Origin: an uncultured Oleiphilus sp.
GTDB taxonomy: Bacteria; Pseudomonadota; Gammaproteobacteria; Pseudomonadales; Oleiphilaceae
Assembly: GCA_913020245.1 (NCBI GenBank)
Contig: CAJWAD010000002.1
Location: 2,788-66,787 of the forward strand
DNA length: 64,000 bases
Reading direction: 5' to 3'
In this document: one piece after another, positions 37,218-47,161 of the stretch
Position numbering within the stretch: the first letter of the stretch is position 1
Layout of the letters: each line of letters starts with the position of its first letter
Notes under the pieces: model-generated
Told to the model about the DNA's origin: nothing
The model's database searches: none
The model's input: only the letters and a program-made list of their open reading frames with translations
Translations under genes and position numbers: made by a program

Positions 37218-37535
37218 GCAAAGCCCCAACGCTTCAGGTATGTAAAACGCAATTCGCGATTTGCAAATAGTCTGGTGAAGCGGTGGTTATTTTCGTGATT
37301 AACGCGCGCCTAAAACCACCTAAGTGTCGAACCAACATATAGTTTTTACCTTTTGGTGTAGCCCATGCTAACAATACAACACAAGGCGCTATTAACCATG
37401 TATTAAAGCGAAAGCATGCGTAAATAGCGGTTCATGATTTGTTGCTAAGCAAGCCTAAGAACCTGCGTAAAAACAAATCGTTTGATGAGGCGTTAGGCAA
37501 ATTCTGCCTTGGCCATATTCACAGGGGAATTTATT

Positions 37536-38270
37536 ATGAAAAATGGCTTACTTGCCGCAGGCCTCATGCTTCTTACTGGCGCAGTACATGCGAGTACGAT
37601 TGATTTCGAAACCTTCGGAAACGACAATATGGGTGGGCTAGATGGCCTTGGCGCGCCATTAGCACCGTGCGGTATTCATGAGTGCCTGCTAGCGGGCAAT
37701 GAATTTACCACAGATGGCGTCACGCTAAATTTTCTGGCGCCAACCGATGATGTAGTGCGTATCATTCGTGTGGGCGGCGATTCAATAGATGGCTTCGTAC
37801 CCATCGATACACCCGATCCAGCCGACGCATTTGGTCAGTTCTTTATGGCAACTGACTTTGACGACAACGCGCACTTTTCGTTAACGTTCGACACCAGCTC
37901 AACGGTTTCTTTCGATATCGCCGATATAGATGGGGGTAATAAAACAGGCAACCTTGAATATTTTACGCTGACAGCTTTTTTAAGCGGCGGAGGGACGGAC
38001 GCGGTGACCGTAGATGGATTCGGGAATGTCACAGGTAACGCGGGCTTTACCAATGGCGTAGCAGGAGATGCCGCCGTCACACATTTTATGTTTTCCGGCG
38101 TTGATAAAATTGAAGTGCTCGGCACCACAACAGGTGGTACGCGCAACATCGGTTTTGGTTTAGATAATATTACTTTTGCGTCGGTCCCCGAGCCGAGCAC
38201 ATTGTTACTGCTCGCTGGCGGTCTATTTGGTTTGGGCGCTGCGCGGCGCCACGAAGCAAAGGGCTCGTGA
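37536..38270 (+). CDS. PEP-CTERM sorting-domain secreted protein
   Basis: Signal peptide MKNGLLAAGLMLLTGAVHA, with AGGGGAA upstream of the ATG at 37536. C-terminus VPEPSTLLLLAGGLFGLGAARRH = PEP motif + TM + basic tail. Confidence 0.8.
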   Translation: MKNGLLAAGLMLLTGAVHASTIDFETFGNDNMGGLDGLGAPLAPCGIHECLLAGNEFTTDGVTLNFLAPTDDVVRIIRVGGDSIDGFVPIDTPDPADAFGQFFMATDFDDNAHFSLTFDTSSTVSFDIADIDGGNKTGNLEYFTLTAFLSGGGTDAVTVDGFGNVTGNAGFTNGVAGDAAVTHFMFSGVDKIEVLGTTTGGTRNIGFGLDNITFASVPEPSTLLLLAGGLFGLGAARRHEAKGS

Positions 38271-38288
38271 AAACAAAGAAAACGCAAA

Positions 38289-38330
38289 CGTAGAAAACGA
38301 TTTATGCCAGGGCTTCAATCGTTTTCTACG
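38289..38330. repeat. perfect 13-bp inverted repeat with 16-nt loop between convergent genes
   Basis: CGTAGAAAACGAT (38289..38301) and ATCGTTTTCTACG (38318..38330). There is no flanking T-run on either strand. Confidence 0.6.
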
Positions 38331-38427
38331 GTACGGCTATTGTTCGGGGATGAATAAAAAGTCGCGGCGCCACTGGTAACTATGCATTTATCATGCGTTG
38401 TCGTTAAAAATCACAACGCGGCGATTA

Positions 38428-39066
38428 TTACCCTGTTTTCATGAGCGCTAACACCCCATCGATTATCATTTGAACGCCCACTACCGTAAGAATTAATCCC
38501 ATCAATTTAGAAATAACATTAATACCGTTCTGGCCCAGTAGCAGAGCCAAACGCTGACAGGTGATGAAAGCGAGATAGGTCACTAGGCACATTAAACCAA
38601 AAGCCAATAATATGTACGCAATTTGTGAGAGGCTAGAGCCCGCGGCGAAGTTCATTGCGGTGGCAATGGTACCGGGGCCTGCCAAAACCGGTATACCCAG
38701 CGGTGTGAGCGCTAATGCCAAAGGAGACGATGGCGGATTTGGCGCTGAGGCATCCGCGCTTGGGGAATGTAAACTTGAACGCTCACCTTGAAGCATATGG
38801 TAACCAATTAAACCAATCATCGCCCCACCTGCAATTTTAAAAGCAGGCAGCGTTATACCAAAAATTGAAAAGATCTCGCGTCCAGCAATAGCGAAGACAC
38901 TCACAATAATGAATGCTGTTGTCACACTCTTTAATGCAATTAAACGACGGTCAGCATCGCTACAATCTTGCGTTAAACCCAAAAATAAAGAGGCGTTCGC
39001 AATCGGATTCATAATGGCAAAGAAGGCCATAAACACTGTAAAGAAATGCACCGCTGCATTATCCAT
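38428..39066 (-). CDS. MarC-family (UPF0056) integral membrane protein
   Basis: 212 aa with six hydrophobic segments. N-terminus FFAIMNPIANASLFLGLT is typical of the MarC family. Confidence 0.8.
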   Translation of the reverse strand: MDNAAVHFFTVFMAFFAIMNPIANASLFLGLTQDCSDADRRLIALKSVTTAFIIVSVFAIAGREIFSIFGITLPAFKIAGGAMIGLIGYHMLQGERSSLHSPSADASAPNPPSSPLALALTPLGIPVLAGPGTIATAMNFAAGSSLSQIAYILLAFGLMCLVTYLAFITCQRLALLLGQNGINVISKLMGLILTVVGVQMIIDGVLALMKTG

Positions 39067-39272
39067 ATACCCTACCTCTTAAAAAGTTCATTAATTCAGC
39101 ATAGGTAATGCAGAGATAACTGCAAACGCCCATTGCCTGTCAATTAACGACTCAAGTCCCCAACAATTAAACTATCTAGAACCGAGGAAAAGAGCCCCTC
39201 GATTATTCAAGGCTTTTGAAAACACAACGTATCAAAGGCCATACACCACAAAAACAGAACTATTTTTCAATA

Positions 39273-39294
39273 TATATCAAAGTTTATTGATATA
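39273..39294. promoter_or_regulatory. 22-bp perfect palindrome, putative SahR operator 1
   Basis: TATATCAAAGTTTATTGATATA (arms TATATCAA/TTGATATA, 6-bp centre). Confidence 0.6.
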
Positions 39295-39302
39295 TGGATT
39301 GC

Positions 39303-39324
39303 TATATCAAAGTTTATTGATATA
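39303..39324. promoter_or_regulatory. 22-bp perfect palindrome, putative SahR operator 2 (identical copy, 30 bp downstream)
   Basis: The sequence is identical to operator 1: TATATCAAAGTTTATTGATATA. It ends 8 nt before the sahR ATG and overlaps a possible -10 TATACT (39321..39326). Confidence 0.6.
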
Positions 39325-39332
39325 CTTTTTGA

Positions 39333-40373
39333 ATGACAGATCTAACCTCAACGCTTACAGCGACGCCGACAACCGACCTTAAAAAAGTGTCGGGCAACAC
39401 TGAGCGGCTTGCCCTAAAGCTCAAAGCATGCGGTGACGCTTTGCGCTTACAGATCTTGCAAGTGCTCAAATATGATACGTTTGGGGTTCTGGAACTCACG
39501 CAGATTTTTGAGACAAAGCAATCAGGTATGAGTCACCATTTAAAGGTGATTAACACCGCTGGATTGGTCGAAGCACAACGCGAAGGGAATGCCATATTCT
39601 ACCGCCGCTGTTTTACGTTGAATGACGAGCTAGAGCAACAGTGCAACAACCATGTGTTTGCAATGGTAGATGCACTGCCCCTACCACAATCGGTAGATGC
39701 AGGGATCGAAACGATTCGCGCCCAACGTGCACGGCAGTCGCAAGCATTTTTTGAACGAAACGCATCACGCTTCGCAGAGCAAGCTGAGCTAATTTCTGAC
39801 CATGAGCAATACGCCAAGGCAAGCTTTGAGCTGGTACGCCAAGCCTTACCAAATCCGGACCATTGCGTTTTGGAATTGGGGCCTGGCGAAGGCCGGTTTT
39901 TAAAACCGCTTGCTATTCATTATGACCAGGTCATTGGTGTTGATACTTCTGAGAGCATGTTAAAAACGGCTCGCCAGTATTGTGCAAGTGAAGGCTTGGA
40001 CAATGTTGAATTGCTCTTGGGTGACTCACGCCAGTTTGCATTATTAGACGTGCCCATTGATGCCGTGGTGATGAATATGGTGCTTCACCATGTTCCCGCG
40101 CCCGCTGAAATCTTTAAAGACACGAGCAATTTGCTCAACACCGGCGGAATATTAGTGGTGTGTGACTTATCTCACCATAACCAAGATTGGACAAAACAAA
40201 ACTGCGGTGATTTATGGCTTGGCTTTGAGAGCCAAGAGCTCGTAAGTTGGGCTGAGCGCGCGCATTTATTGCTTGATGAAAGCGTGTTTGTTGGCTTGCG
40301 CAATGGTTTTCAAATCCAATTACATCGATTTGTCAAAACAGATAAGGCGATACAAATCGCCGTAAATACATAA
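39333..40373 (+). CDS. sahR: ArsR-type wHTH fused to SAM-dependent-methyltransferase-like domain (SahR-type regulator of the methyl cycle)
   Basis: N-terminal LRLQILQVL...[17 protein letters not shown] (ArsR HTH). C-terminal [11 protein letters not shown] (methyltransferase motif I). Immediately upstream of metK-ahcY-metF. Confidence 0.8.
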   Translation: MTDLTSTLTATPTTDLKKVSGNTERLALKLKACGDALRLQILQVLKYDTFGVLELTQIFETKQSGMSHHLKVINTAGLVEAQREGNAIFYRRCFTLNDELEQQCNNHVFAMVDALPLPQSVDAGIETIRAQRARQSQAFFERNASRFAEQAELISDHEQYAKASFELVRQALPNPDHCVLELGPGEGRFLKPLAIHYDQVIGVDTSESMLKTARQYCASEGLDNVELLLGDSRQFALLDVPIDAVVMNMVLHHVPAPAEIFKDTSNLLNTGGILVVCDLSHHNQDWTKQNCGDLWLGFESQELVSWAERAHLLLDESVFVGLRNGFQIQLHRFVKTDKAIQIAVNT

Positions 40374-40389
40374 ATTCAAGGACATTAAC

Positions 40390-41601
40390 ATGAGCGAATA
40401 CAGCATATTTACATCGGAGTCTGTCTCAGAAGGACACCCGGATAAAGTAGCTGACCAAATTTCTGACGCCGTTTTAGACGCGATTATCGCACGGGACCCC
40501 TGGGCACGCGTTGCCGTTGAAACGCTCGTCAAAACAGGGATGGCGGTTGTGGCAGGAGAAGTCACAACGTCCTGCTATGTTGATTTAGAAGATATCGTGC
40601 GCGACGTGATTACAAACATCGGCTACGACAGTTCAGATGTCGGGTTTGATGGCGCTACTTGCGCGGTGTTAAATGGCATCGGTAAGCAGTCTGTGGATAT
40701 TAACCAAGGGGTTGATCGGTCAAAACCTGAAGACCAAGGTGCAGGTGACCAAGGGCTGATGTTTGGGTATGCAACCAATGAAACGCCGACGCTAATGCCC
40801 GCACCGGTGTACTATGCGCATTTGCTAGTTGAACGCCAAGCGGAGTTACGCAAAAACGGTACCCTCCCTTGGCTGCGCCCTGATGCAAAATCGCAAGTTA
40901 CCATTAATTACGAGGGTGACAGCCCAAGAGTAGACGCCGTTGTCTTGTCTACCCAACATGACCCCTCTATTTCGTTGGCCGATTTGCGCGAAGCGGTCAT
41001 TGAAAACATCATCAAACCAGTGCTGCCTGAAGCGTGGCTGCATGCAGAGACGCTTTACCATATTAACCCAACAGGGAACTTCGTTATCGGTGGGCCCGTC
41101 GGTGATGCCGGTTTAACAGGCCGTAAAATTATCGTGGACACCTATGGCGGCATGGCCCGTCATGGGGGCGGAGCGTTTTCTGGTAAAGACCCATCGAAAG
41201 TTGACCGTTCTGCGGCTTACTACGGTCGCTATGTAGCGAAGAATGTCGTGGCCGCTGACTTGGCTGATCGCTGCGAAATACAGGTGTCTTACGCGATCGG
41301 TGTAGCAGAACCGACGTCTGTTTCGGTAAATACCTTCGGAACGGGGAAAACGTCAGATATTGAACTGGCGAAAATTATTCGCGAAGTGTTTGATTTGCGC
41401 CCTTATGCCATTCAAACGCAGTTGGAGTTACTTAACCCGATGTACCAAATTACTGCAGCTTACGGTCACTTTGGACGTGAGCCATTTGAAGCAAGTTATG
41501 ACTACCAAGAAAGCGGCGAAAAGAAATCTAAAACTTTTACGGCCTTCACTTGGGAACGCACAGACCGTGTCGACGCATTGAAAGCAGCGGCTAACGTTTA
41601 A
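40390..41601 (+). CDS. metK: S-adenosylmethionine synthase
   Basis: [25 protein letters not shown]..., [28 protein letters not shown]. Confidence 0.97.
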   Translation: MSEYSIFTSESVSEGHPDKVADQISDAVLDAIIARDPWARVAVETLVKTGMAVVAGEVTTSCYVDLEDIVRDVITNIGYDSSDVGFDGATCAVLNGIGKQSVDINQGVDRSKPEDQGAGDQGLMFGYATNETPTLMPAPVYYAHLLVERQAELRKNGTLPWLRPDAKSQVTINYEGDSPRVDAVVLSTQHDPSISLADLREAVIENIIKPVLPEAWLHAETLYHINPTGNFVIGGPVGDAGLTGRKIIVDTYGGMARHGGGAFSGKDPSKVDRSAAYYGRYVAKNVVAADLADRCEIQVSYAIGVAEPTSVSVNTFGTGKTSDIELAKIIREVFDLRPYAIQTQLELLNPMYQITAAYGHFGREPFEASYDYQESGEKKSKTFTAFTWERTDRVDALKAAANV

Positions 41602-41617
41602 CTATTGGAGATAATCT

Positions 41618-43039
41618 ATGTCTACTGTACTAAAAATTGATACCAGCTTTAGTGATTACAAAATTGCGAATTATAACGCAGAAGAATTTTTTGAATTGGC
41701 CGCGTGGGGCCGTAAAGAAATTGATATCGCAGAAGGTGAAATGCCCGCCCTAATGGCACTTCGCCGCAAGTATAAAGCAGACCAGCCGCTGGCCAATGCC
41801 AAAATCATGGGCTGCATTCACATGACGATTCAAACCGCTGTGCTCATCGAGACACTGGTCGATTTAGGCGCCGAAGTCCGCTGGTCTTCGTGTAATATTT
41901 TCTCAACACAAGATCATGCGGCCGCTGCAATCGCCGCGGCTGGCATTCCTGTCTTTGCATGGAAAGGCGAAACGGAAGAAGAGTTTTTATGGTGTATTGA
42001 GCAAACTATTCTAGATAAAAAAGGAAGCGCTGACGTTTGGGATGCCAACATGATTCTCGACGATGGTGGCGATCTAACGGAAATGGTGCACTCTAAATAC
42101 CCAGCAATGCTGAGCAACATTAATGGTATCTCAGAAGAAACGACAACTGGTGTACATCGCTTACTAGAAATGCTGGAAGAAGATGCACTGAAAGTGCCGG
42201 CAATTAACGTGAACGATTCGGTTACAAAATCGAAAAACGACAACAAATACGGTTGCCGTCACTCGCTTAGTGACGCGATTAAACGCGGCACAGATCATTT
42301 ACTTTCAGGTAAAAAAGCGCTTGTTATTGGGTATGGCGACGTCGGTAAAGGGTCGGCACAATCATTGTCTCAAGAAGGAATGATTGTAAAAGTAACGGAG
42401 GTGGATCCTATCTGCGCAATGCAGGCATGTATGGACGGCTACGAAGTTGTATCTCCATACATAAACGGCATCAACACGGGCGATTTGTCAGGCATTAACC
42501 AAGAGCTGCTTAGCAAAACGGATCTAATTGTTACGACCACGGGTAATACAGGTGTGTGTGATGCAAACATGCTACAAGCGCTCAAATCTGGCGCAGTTGT
42601 CTGTAACATCGGCCACTTTGATAATGAAATAGATACCGCTTACATGCGTGAAAACTGGGCATGGGAAGAAGTTAAACCGCAAGTTCATAAAATATATCGA
42701 GACAAAGCAGAGAATGATCATTTGATCCTGCTCTCTGAGGGTCGATTGGTGAACTTAGGCAACGCAACGGGGCACCCAAGCCGAATCATGGATGGCTCGT
42801 TCGCCAACCAAGTGCTCGCGCAAATGTACCTTTGGGAACGTAAATTTGCGGATCTGCCTGAGGCAGAGAAAAAAGATGCGTTGTACGTAAAAGTACTGCC
42901 GAAAAAACTCGACGAAGAAGTTGCGAAAGATATGGTGGAAGGTTTTGGTGGGGTGCTCACAGTGCTTACAACCGAACAGGCTGGCTATATTAAGGTGCCA
43001 GTACAAGGGCCTTACAAACCAGAATCTTACAAGTATTAA
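41618..43039 (+). CDS. ahcY: adenosylhomocysteinase
   Basis: 473 aa. [46 protein letters not shown]. Confidence 0.97.
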   Translation: MSTVLKIDTSFSDYKIANYNAEEFFELAAWGRKEIDIAEGEMPALMALRRKYKADQPLANAKIMGCIHMTIQTAVLIETLVDLGAEVRWSSCNIFSTQDHAAAAIAAAGIPVFAWKGETEEEFLWCIEQTILDKKGSADVWDANMILDDGGDLTEMVHSKYPAMLSNINGISEETTTGVHRLLEMLEEDALKVPAINVNDSVTKSKNDNKYGCRHSLSDAIKRGTDHLLSGKKALVIGYGDVGKGSAQSLSQEGMIVKVTEVDPICAMQACMDGYEVVSPYINGINTGDLSGINQELLSKTDLIVTTTGNTGVCDANMLQALKSGAVVCNIGHFDNEIDTAYMRENWAWEEVKPQVHKIYRDKAENDHLILLSEGRLVNLGNATGHPSRIMDGSFANQVLAQMYLWERKFADLPEAEKKDALYVKVLPKKLDEEVAKDMVEGFGGVLTVLTTEQAGYIKVPVQGPYKPESYKY

Positions 43040-43100
43040 GGAAAGCGTTGCAGGGGGATGGTGCGACATCGTCGTCCTATCCCGCTCATAGGAGGTTTAA

Positions 43101-43973
43101 ATGAAAAGCCAACTTCAATTCAAACGCCGTTTCAGTTTTGAATTTTTCCCCCCAAAAACTGAAGACGGTAAAGCGAAGCTGCAAACCGTTCGCGATGAAC
43201 TTGCACGCCGTAAACCTGACTTTTTTTCTGTGACTTATGGTGCCGGTGGCTCAACACAGGAACGAACCATAGATACGGTGCTGAATTTTCAGGATCAAGG
43301 CATCGCGACAGCACCTCACCTGTCGTGCGTCGGTTCAACAAAAGAAAATATTACCCAGTTGCTTGATATGTACAAGGAGCGTGGCGTCAATCGTATCGTC
43401 GCACTGCGTGGCGATCTGCCATCAGGCATGGGTGGTGCAGCAGGCGAACTTAAATATGCAAACGAGCTCGTAGAGTTTATCCGAGCGCATAGTGGGAACC
43501 ACTTTAATATTGAAGTGGCCGCCTACCCAGAGTTCCATCCACAGGCGCCGAGTGCAGATGCTGATTTATTAAACTTCAAACGTAAAGCTGAGGCTGGCGC
43601 AAGTAGCGCTATCACACAGTATTTCTTTAATGCGGACTCATACTTTTATTTTATTGATCGCATTGAAGCGCTTGGCGTCAGCTTACCTGTGGTGCCAGGC
43701 ATTATGCCAATCATCAACTTTAATAACTTGGTTCGCTTCAGCGAAATGTGCGGGGCCGAGATACCTCGCTGGATTAAGAAACAGCTCGAAGCCTATGGTG
43801 ATGATACACTCAGCATTCAAAAATTTGGTGAAGAGGTGATCACTAAAATGTGTGAAGACTTGTTGAAGGCAGGTGTGCCCGGCTTACACTTCTACACAAT
43901 GAATCAGGCCGATCCAAGCTTGAGGGTATGGGATAATCTAGGCTTAAGCGAAGAGGAAAGGATTACGTTCTAG
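43101..43973 (+). CDS. metF: 5,10-methylenetetrahydrofolate reductase
   Basis: SFEFFPPKT...FFSVTYGAGGST...ALRGD... MetF family, 290 aa. Confidence 0.95.
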   Translation: MKSQLQFKRRFSFEFFPPKTEDGKAKLQTVRDELARRKPDFFSVTYGAGGSTQERTIDTVLNFQDQGIATAPHLSCVGSTKENITQLLDMYKERGVNRIVALRGDLPSGMGGAAGELKYANELVEFIRAHSGNHFNIEVAAYPEFHPQAPSADADLLNFKRKAEAGASSAITQYFFNADSYFYFIDRIEALGVSLPVVPGIMPIINFNNLVRFSEMCGAEIPRWIKKQLEAYGDDTLSIQKFGEEVITKMCEDLLKAGVPGLHFYTMNQADPSLRVWDNLGLSEEERITF

Positions 43974-43997
43974 TTTCAGTTTCAGTTTCAAGTTACC

Positions 43998-44021
43998 AAA
44001 GGCCAGCATGCTGGTCTTTTT
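43998..44021 (+). terminator. intrinsic terminator-like hairpin after metF
   Basis: AAAGGCCAG-CATG-CTGGTCTTT followed by TT. The T-run is partly inside the stem. Confidence 0.55.
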
Positions 44022-44089
44022 ACGTTCTGGCTTTCACTCAGCTATCGGATTACGCATAATGTGCTCAGGTTTCTTAAAAGTAAAAACGC

Positions 44090-44842
44090 GTGCGCCAATC
44101 AAACATTTATACCCCACAAAAAATCAACCTAAATACTAAATTGGAACTCGATCAGCATGCGGCCCAGCATTTAGGGAAAGTGTTGCGTGCGCAAAAAGGC
44201 GACCCTGTCCGGCTGTTCAATGGCGACGGTCATTTTTACGAGGCGCTGATTACAGATGTCTCAAAAAAACAGGTCAACGTGCAAATCGTAGCGGCGATTA
44301 AAAGTGAAAATGAGTCACCTCTCCACACTCATATAGGCATCGTTATGTCTCGTGGTGACCGTATGGATTACGCCATTCAAAAAAGTGTCGAGCTCGGTGT
44401 ATCACGCATCACCCCGCTCACGAGCGCACGTTGTGAGGTAAAACTCAGTGCAGAACGTCAAATTAAACGTATCCAACATTGGCGACAGGTAGCCATAAGT
44501 GCGTGTGAACAAAGCGGTCGGGCTTCAGTCCCTAACATAGAGAGCATCGTCAGCGTAGAGACCTTTATTAACCAAAAGATTGAGGGTACGTTAGGCCTGG
44601 TGTTTCACCATCGCGACACCCAAGCACTAACAGACATTCAGCCTATTCCCAAGCAAGTGGACTTGTTAATCGGCCCTGAGGGTGGACTCAGTGAGAGTGA
44701 AATTAAAACGGCGCTAGGTAAAGGCTTTAAAGCGTGTACGTTGGGTGGACGAGTTTTCCGCACTGAAACGGCACCCGTTGCTGCGCTAAGCGTATTACAA
44801 TGGCTTTGGGGTGACTTTAATGCACAAGGCAATGAACCCTAA
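44090..44842 (+). CDS. rsmE: 16S rRNA (uracil1498-N3)-methyltransferase
   Basis: GTG start. MRQSNIYTPQ...AQHLGKVLR...RLFNGDG... and C-terminal LIGPEGGLSE.E. RsmE family. Confidence 0.85.
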   Translation: MRQSNIYTPQKINLNTKLELDQHAAQHLGKVLRAQKGDPVRLFNGDGHFYEALITDVSKKQVNVQIVAAIKSENESPLHTHIGIVMSRGDRMDYAIQKSVELGVSRITPLTSARCEVKLSAERQIKRIQHWRQVAISACEQSGRASVPNIESIVSVETFINQKIEGTLGLVFHHRDTQALTDIQPIPKQVDLLIGPEGGLSESEIKTALGKGFKACTLGGRVFRTETAPVAALSVLQWLWGDFNAQGNEP

Positions 44843-44875
44843 CTATTTCATAGGCCGAACGTCTCGAAAATATAG

Positions 44876-46204
44876 TTAGATCAAATGTGCCCAGACGTCA
44901 TATTCATCGGCCTCTTCAATTTCAACAAGCACTCTTTGACCTGGCACAAGATGCGAGGCACCATCAATAAAGACCTGACCGTCAATCTCCGGCGCATCGC
45001 CCTTCGTACGCGCGACCGCGCCTTCGGGCGTCACTTCATCAATTAACACTTCTTGCTGTGTCCCTACTTTTCGCTGCAACCGCGCTGCACTGATGATGGC
45101 TTGCTTCTCCATGAAGCGACGTTGACGGTCTTCTTTAATGGCATCAGGCACATGATCAGGTAAATCATTCGCCGGCGCACCTTCAACTGGTGAATACATA
45201 AAACAACCCACTCGATCCAGCTGTGCCGCGTCTAAGAAATCTAAAAGCTCTTGGAAATCTTCTTCAGTTTCTCCAGGGAACCCAACAATAAACGTACTAC
45301 GAATAGTCAAATCTGGACAAATTTCTCGCCATTTATGAATACGACCTAAAACCTTTTCACTGTGCGCAGGCCGTTTCATTGCTTTTAGCACGCGCTTACT
45401 CGCGTGCTGAAATGGAATATCTAGATAAGGTAGAATTTTACCTTCGGCCATCAAAGGAATCAGCTTATCAACGTGTGGATACGGATAAACATAATGCAAA
45501 CGTACCCAAACCCCCAACTCACCCAATGCGACTGCTAAATCTTGCATGCGCGTTTCAAGCGCAGCCCCTGCGTTAAAGTCGAGCTTATATTTAACATCAA
45601 CCCCATAGGCACTTGTATCTTGTGAAATGACAAGCAGTTCTTGTGCACCACTTTCGACCAGTTGTCTCGCTTCGTTAACCACATGAGAGATAGGTCGACT
45701 CACTAAGTCACCGCGCATGTGAGGAATAATGCAAAACGCACAGCGATGATTACACCCTTCCGATATTTTCAAAAATGCATAGTGTTTGGGCGTTAACTTT
45801 ACCCCTTGCGCGGGCACTAAATCACTGTAGTGTGAGGGGTTTTCAGTTGGCGGAATATATTCATGAACAGTATTCAGCACCGAATCATAATCTGCCGGCC
45901 CGCTAATACTCAAAACATCCGGATTTTCCGCTTTAATGCGCTCCGCATCAACGCCCTTGCCCATGCAGCCAGTAACGATAACTTTGCCATTTTCTCGCAT
46001 GGCTTCACTAATGGCATCCATCGATTCCTCTTTCGCCGAATCAATAAAGCCACAGGTGTTCACCACCACGACATCCGCGTCATCGTAGCGCGGCACCACA
46101 TCATAACCGTCTAACTTTAACTGCGTCAGAATACGCTCTGAGTCAACCAGCGCTTTTGGGCAGCCAAGTGAGACAAATCCAACTTTTTGTTTAGGGTCTG
46201 ACAT
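44876..46204 (-). CDS. rimO: ribosomal protein S12 methylthiotransferase
   Basis: [16 protein letters not shown], radical-SAM CNHRCAFC, and a C-terminal TRAM domain. 442 aa. Confidence 0.95.
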   Translation of the reverse strand: MSDPKQKVGFVSLGCPKALVDSERILTQLKLDGYDVVPRYDDADVVVVNTCGFIDSAKEESMDAISEAMRENGKVIVTGCMGKGVDAERIKAENPDVLSISGPADYDSVLNTVHEYIPPTENPSHYSDLVPAQGVKLTPKHYAFLKISEGCNHRCAFCIIPHMRGDLVSRPISHVVNEARQLVESGAQELLVISQDTSAYGVDVKYKLDFNAGAALETRMQDLAVALGELGVWVRLHYVYPYPHVDKLIPLMAEGKILPYLDIPFQHASKRVLKAMKRPAHSEKVLGRIHKWREICPDLTIRSTFIVGFPGETEEDFQELLDFLDAAQLDRVGCFMYSPVEGAPANDLPDHVPDAIKEDRQRRFMEKQAIISAARLQRKVGTQQEVLIDEVTPEGAVARTKGDAPEIDGQVFIDGASHLVPGQRVLVEIEEADEYDVWAHLI

Positions 46205-46644
46205 GAGTTAGTTCCTACGAAATGAAGATTGCAGCAGCTCAGGGTGGCGCATTGTACAGAAATCAGACTCAAGGGGCTATGGAGTCGGCAGGCACTTACA
46301 TTTTTAATTTAGACCTATTTTTTATATGCCCGTTGCTATGCCGTTAGGTTATCTATGCGTGCGGTCATGCAGGCTTATGAAAAGCAATCTTGATAACCTA
46401 TCTGACTAACTCAAAAACAACGATGTGGCGATGCATAAGGCCACTATCTTTAAGATTTTAAACAAAATAAATAGAGCATTGGACGCTGCAACGCGGTTTC
46501 AAATGTAAACAAAAGTGTTACAAAAAAGGCACGAAGAAACTGGCGATTTCTAATACAGTTAAAAGGTAGGCAACAAATTTGCTTATACAACATTGCCCAT
46601 GCGGGAATATTATCGATTGTCAGTCTGTACTCTGGAGAAAAATA

Positions 46645-47085
46645 ATGGCGCGCGGCTTAATTTATCACACCCAAGTTAATGCGCAGGGTAATGCATCTGT
46701 CTTGACAGGCGAAGGCACCATTGAAGCTAAATTAGAAACAATAGCGAGAGATGGCATCACACTGCACTGTGACCGTTTAACCTTAGATACACTGATACCT
46801 AACGTTAAAAGCGTTGCGCCGCGCAGCCCACAGGCGCTTAAAGTATCATTCGGTCTCGCCGGCTTTGGGCGAATTGATGCTGGCTGCCAAGCATTTAGCG
46901 TGCAACGCTTATCGCGTGAAACTTATGCACTTTCGGTTAAATTTGTAAGCATTACACCACTGGCCACAAGTGTTGTTGACAGTTATGTCAACAGACAGCT
47001 ACTCCACAAAACGGAACCCAGTAAGGAACAAGCGCACCGTTCAAGTGCAATCAATGAAGCATTGAAGCATCTCAGGGCTGCATAA
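46645..47085 (+). CDS. hypothetical protein, possibly a non-canonical PilZ-like beta-barrel
   Basis: I chose the start at MARGLIY (GGAG 7 nt upstream). Weak resemblance to a PilZ barrel (ARDGITLHC..., YALSVKFVSI), but no RxxxR motif is seen. Confidence 0.4.
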   Translation: MARGLIYHTQVNAQGNASVLTGEGTIEAKLETIARDGITLHCDRLTLDTLIPNVKSVAPRSPQALKVSFGLAGFGRIDAGCQAFSVQRLSRETYALSVKFVSITPLATSVVDSYVNRQLLHKTEPSKEQAHRSSAINEALKHLRAA

Positions 47086-47107
47086 AGCAAAACGAAGCCC
47101 GCGCGCA

Positions 47108-47142
47108 CAAAAAAAGCCCTAATGTATTAGGGCTTTTTTTTG
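47108..47142. terminator. bidirectional intrinsic terminator
   Basis: A8-AGCCCTAA-TGTA-TTAGGGCT-T8 between convergent genes. Confidence 0.85.
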
Positions 47143-47161
47143 TGCCGTACTATCGAAAAAG

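Noticed and set aside
36961-37221. 86-aa ORF immediately upstream of modA.
   Set aside because: It has a TTG start with no SD and coincides with the structured, U-rich modA leader. It is more likely non-coding.
36959-37300. Moco riboswitch upstream of modABC.
   Set aside because: I looked for the conserved Moco-motif blocks as I remember them (CCGAGCC, GCCUCCC, AAAGGA) on the modA strand and did not find them. Only partial resemblance (UCCGAGC, CCCUCACCCCC) occurs, and it is on the wrong strand. A covariance-model search is needed before any call.
37835-38287. 150-aa minus-strand ORF.
   Set aside because: It is antisense to the PEP-CTERM gene, which has a signal peptide, an SD and a diagnostic C-terminal sorting signal.
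43974-43993. Tandem GTTTCA x3 directly after the metF stop codon.
   Set aside because: Three copies of a hexamer is too short to call a functional repeat. The adjacent hairpin explains termination.
44838-44880. 8-bp inverted repeat CTAACTAT...ATAGTTAG spanning both stop codons of the convergent rsmE and rimO.
   Set aside because: The stem is short, the loop is 23 nt and there is no U-tract. This is weak evidence for a terminator or any other element.
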